This document shows, in pieces, positions 62,687 to 64,000 of a stretch of 64,000 bases of DNA (position 1 is the stretch's first letter; every line of letters begins with the position of its first letter). Made by a program: the position numbers and the translations under genes. The notes below the pieces were generated by a model that saw only the letters and a program-made list of their open reading frames with translations, did no database searches and was not told the origin of the DNA. Source of the stretch: a bacterium (GTDB lineage: Bacteria; SAR324; NAC60-12); NCBI GenBank assembly GCA_965205865.1, contig CBDBHR010000030.1:384001-448000 (forward strand), given 5' to 3'.

Positions 62687-64000
62687 AACGGCATAGGAAC
62701 AAACGATTGCGCCTCTTGGCGCAATCTTCATCCATCACCAGGATTTTATCGAAAAAGAGAGTAATTGCAGGTTCCAGTTCAAAAAGAGTTTGAAAATATT
62801 GATTCAAATCCGCTGCGGAATCAGTCAAAGGCACGACTTTTTTCCACAAAGCTTTTTCTTCTTTTTCAGTGTAGGATTCTATTGAAACCCAATCAGGAAG
62901 ATTGCTTTGATTTTTTGAAATATTGTTTGCGCGGACGATAGCTTCGACTGCTCGTTTGAACGCGGGAGATTCCAAATGATCTCTTGCCATCTCCGCCAAT
63001 TGCAGTTGTTGCATGGGCAATAAGGCTTTTGCAGCCAATGACGCCTCGATCACGTCGAAGCGGATCTTGGCTTCCTGCATGAAAAAACGTTGCCGCAGCG
63101 CAAAAAACCTTAACAGTTCCCCTGTGATTCCAGGAATATCCAGACTCAAATCCTGTTGCTCATTCAAAATTTCCAGGCAGCGAACGGAAAGCTCATGAAG
63201 AGAAATGAGCAACTTCGATTCCAGCACTATCTGGACGATGCCCTGTGCCATCCGACGTAACGCATAGGGATCTGCAGAGCCTGTGGGAATGAGATCAAGG
63301 GAAAATGCAGTGGCCAGCATGTCTAGTTTGTCGGCTATGGCTACCGCGGCAATTTCAAGATGCCGTGGGATACTGTCTTGGGCAAAACGGGGATGGTAGT
63401 GTTCCCGTATTCCCTCACTGACCAAGGGATCCTCTTTCCGCAAGCGGGCATAATGGGCGCCAATGACTCCTTGCAAGGATGGAAATTCAGAAACCATCTG
63501 GGTTTGCAGGTCGAATTTACAGAGTGTGGCAAGTCGTTCAACTACATTTTTTTGTTGCTCATTCATACCAAGCTGCTCTGCAACGAAAATGCTCAGGATT
63601 TGCAAGCGTTCAATTCGTTGCGCAAGGGAGCCGCGTTTATGGAAAAAAACCACCCGTTGCGCTTTTTTATTGAAAAATGCCGGATCATGTTTTTGATCTT
63701 CCAGAAAAAAGAAGCGAGCATCATTCAAACGAGCGCGAATCACTTTCTCATTACCGCGCACTACGATTCGAGATTGGTGAGTGTTTCCATTACGAACCGT
63801 AATGAAACAAGGTAGCAATCGTTGATTTTTATCATATACGGGAAAGTAGCGCTGGTGTTTGGCCATAGCAGTCACCAGCACTTCCGGAGGCAGCAGCAAA
63901 AAATCATGCGCAAAATTTCCCAGCAAAACCGTGGGCCATTCCAGCAGGTTGGTCACTTCTTCCAAGAGTTCTTCTTCCATGACGACACAAAAATTATGTC
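62622..64000 (-). CDS. glyS: Glycine--tRNA ligase beta subunit (5' part lies outside the window)
   Basis: LLEEV..L.EWP, HQRYF, GNEKVIRARL.DA.FF, EFP.LQG and GSADPYALRR motifs. Confidence 0.97.
   Translation of the reverse strand, partial: HNFCVVMEEELLEEVTNLLEWPTVLLGNFAHDFLLLPPEVLVTAMAKHQRYFPVYDKNQRLLPCFITVRNGNTHQSRIVVRGNEKVIRARLNDARFFFLEDQKHDPAFFNKKAQRVVFFHKRGSLAQRIERLQILSIFVAEQLGMNEQQKNVVERLATLCKFDLQTQMVSEFPSLQGVIGAHYARLRKEDPLVSEGIREHYHPRFAQDSIPRHLEIAAVAIADKLDMLATAFSLDLIPTGSADPYALRRMAQGIVQIVLESKLLISLHELSVRCLEILNEQQDLSLDIPGITGELLRFFALRQRFFMQEAKIRFDVIEASLAAKALLPMQQLQLAEMARDHLESPAFKRAVEAIVRANNISKNQSNLPDWVSIESYTEKEEKALWKKVVPLTDSAADLNQYFQTLFELEPAITLFFDKILVMDEDCAKRRNRLFLCRSIANWSADYMDLSKIVFSAES

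Overview
Bacterial chromosomal window; the housekeeping genes suggest a deltaproteobacterial/SAR324-like host (inference only). Two core blocks: bioD-tig-clpP-clpX-pfkB-U32 (~22-30 kb) and mscS-alternative complex III-bamD-glyS (~48-64 kb). They alternate with two heavily mosaic accessory regions (1-22 kb, 30-47.6 kb). The accessory DNA holds candidate defence genes, three IS1380 elements, nested MITEs and REPs, a DinJ/YafQ-type toxin-antitoxin pair, and a secreted ATP-dependent DNA ligase. It also holds a type I-C CRISPR locus with intact cas5/cas8c/cas7, a wrecked cas3 and a MITE-interrupted array, ABC and metal transporter genes, and many short gene fragments. The main signal is five elements bounded by GGGGTCAGGCY terminal inverted repeats (TIRs): three HUH/Y1 transposase-bearing copies and two non-autonomous ones. 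They have no target-site duplications, and several of their outer edges cut unrelated genes. A group II intron has inserted twice at the same nucleotide of this TIR (one full RT-encoding copy, one 315-nt mini copy), and its predicted EBS1 (GGUCUG) pairs with the TIR core. This suggests a TIR-specialised retroelement riding on a possible HUH-driven DNA capture/shuffling system. All calls are from reading the sequence; no searches were run.
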